Shown here one piece after another: positions 48,494 through 48,550 of a stretch of DNA of 48,550 bases; the stretch's first letter is position 1; the number at the start of each line of letters is the position of its first letter. The position numbers and the translations under genes were made by a program. The notes beneath the pieces are model-generated. The model had not been told where the DNA came from. It made no database searches and saw only the letters and a program-made list of their open reading frames with translations. This DNA comes from Christensenellales bacterium (lineage in GTDB: Bacteria > Bacillota > Clostridia > Christensenellales > UBA1242). The DNA lies in the NCBI GenBank assembly GCA_050943075.1, contig JBMNOM010000001.1, positions 1-48,550 on the forward strand. Direction: 5' to 3'.

Positions 48494-48517
48494 TATACTC
48501 TCTATGTAGAGAGTATA
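48494..48517. promoter_or_regulatory. Perfect 11+2+11 bp palindrome (candidate operator) overlapping the -10 of the giant-gene promoter
   Basis: TATACTCTCTA-tg-TAGAGAGTATA, verified base by base. On the minus strand its first 6 nt are the -10 hexamer. Confidence 0.6.
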
Positions 48518-48540
48518 ATAAAAAGGCGCTTTCAAGTCAA
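48512..48540 (-). promoter_or_regulatory. Putative promoter of the giant-lipoprotein operon: TTGACT-17-TATACT
   Basis: On the minus strand, TTGACT (48540-48535), 17-nt spacer tgaaagcgcctttttat, TATACT (48517-48512). This lies about 95 nt upstream of the start codon. Confidence 0.55.
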
Positions 48541-48550
48541 ATTAAATAAA

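Overview
AT-rich segment using the standard genetic code: TAA, TAG and TGA all end ORFs, Trp is TGG, and a 17.9-kb ORF is uninterrupted. The gene content looks Bacillota-like or Mollicute-related (lineage is a guess). All domain and family calls were made by eye, with no HMM or database search. Left part (1-12.7 kb): a 5'-truncated HD-GYP phosphohydrolase; a Cys-rich collagen-like (GXT repeat) protein; an FAD-oxidoreductase/Rieske fusion broken by one in-frame TAA; a 3-methyladenine DNA glycosylase; a MerR/GyrI-like regulator whose promoter has a 19-bp spacer; a stand-alone tRNA-Thr(GGT) with a consensus promoter; a UgtP-type glycolipid glycosyltransferase with a Lys-rich tail; a RumA/RlmCD-type rRNA methyltransferase; a 482-aa membrane-anchored GLUG-repeat protein; TlyA; and a 341-aa unknown protein with a kinase-like D-x4-N motif. 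Right part (12.7-48.5 kb, all minus strand): rpoB-rpoC, preceded on the same strand by two giant lipoprotein genes (3,357 and about 5,963 codons; 27,966 of 48,550 nt, about 58% of the window). These are built from Ig-like segments and many GLUG-type solenoid repeats. I saw no rRNA, CRISPR array, transposase, integrase or reverse transcriptase. The most unusual content is the giant lipoprotein pair. It has a palindrome-bearing promoter and an internal polyglycine (GGxGGxGG) island, and it replaces the usual rplJL context upstream of rpoB. Also notable are a non-His residue at the rifampicin-determining position 526 of RpoB and two apparently leaderless genes.
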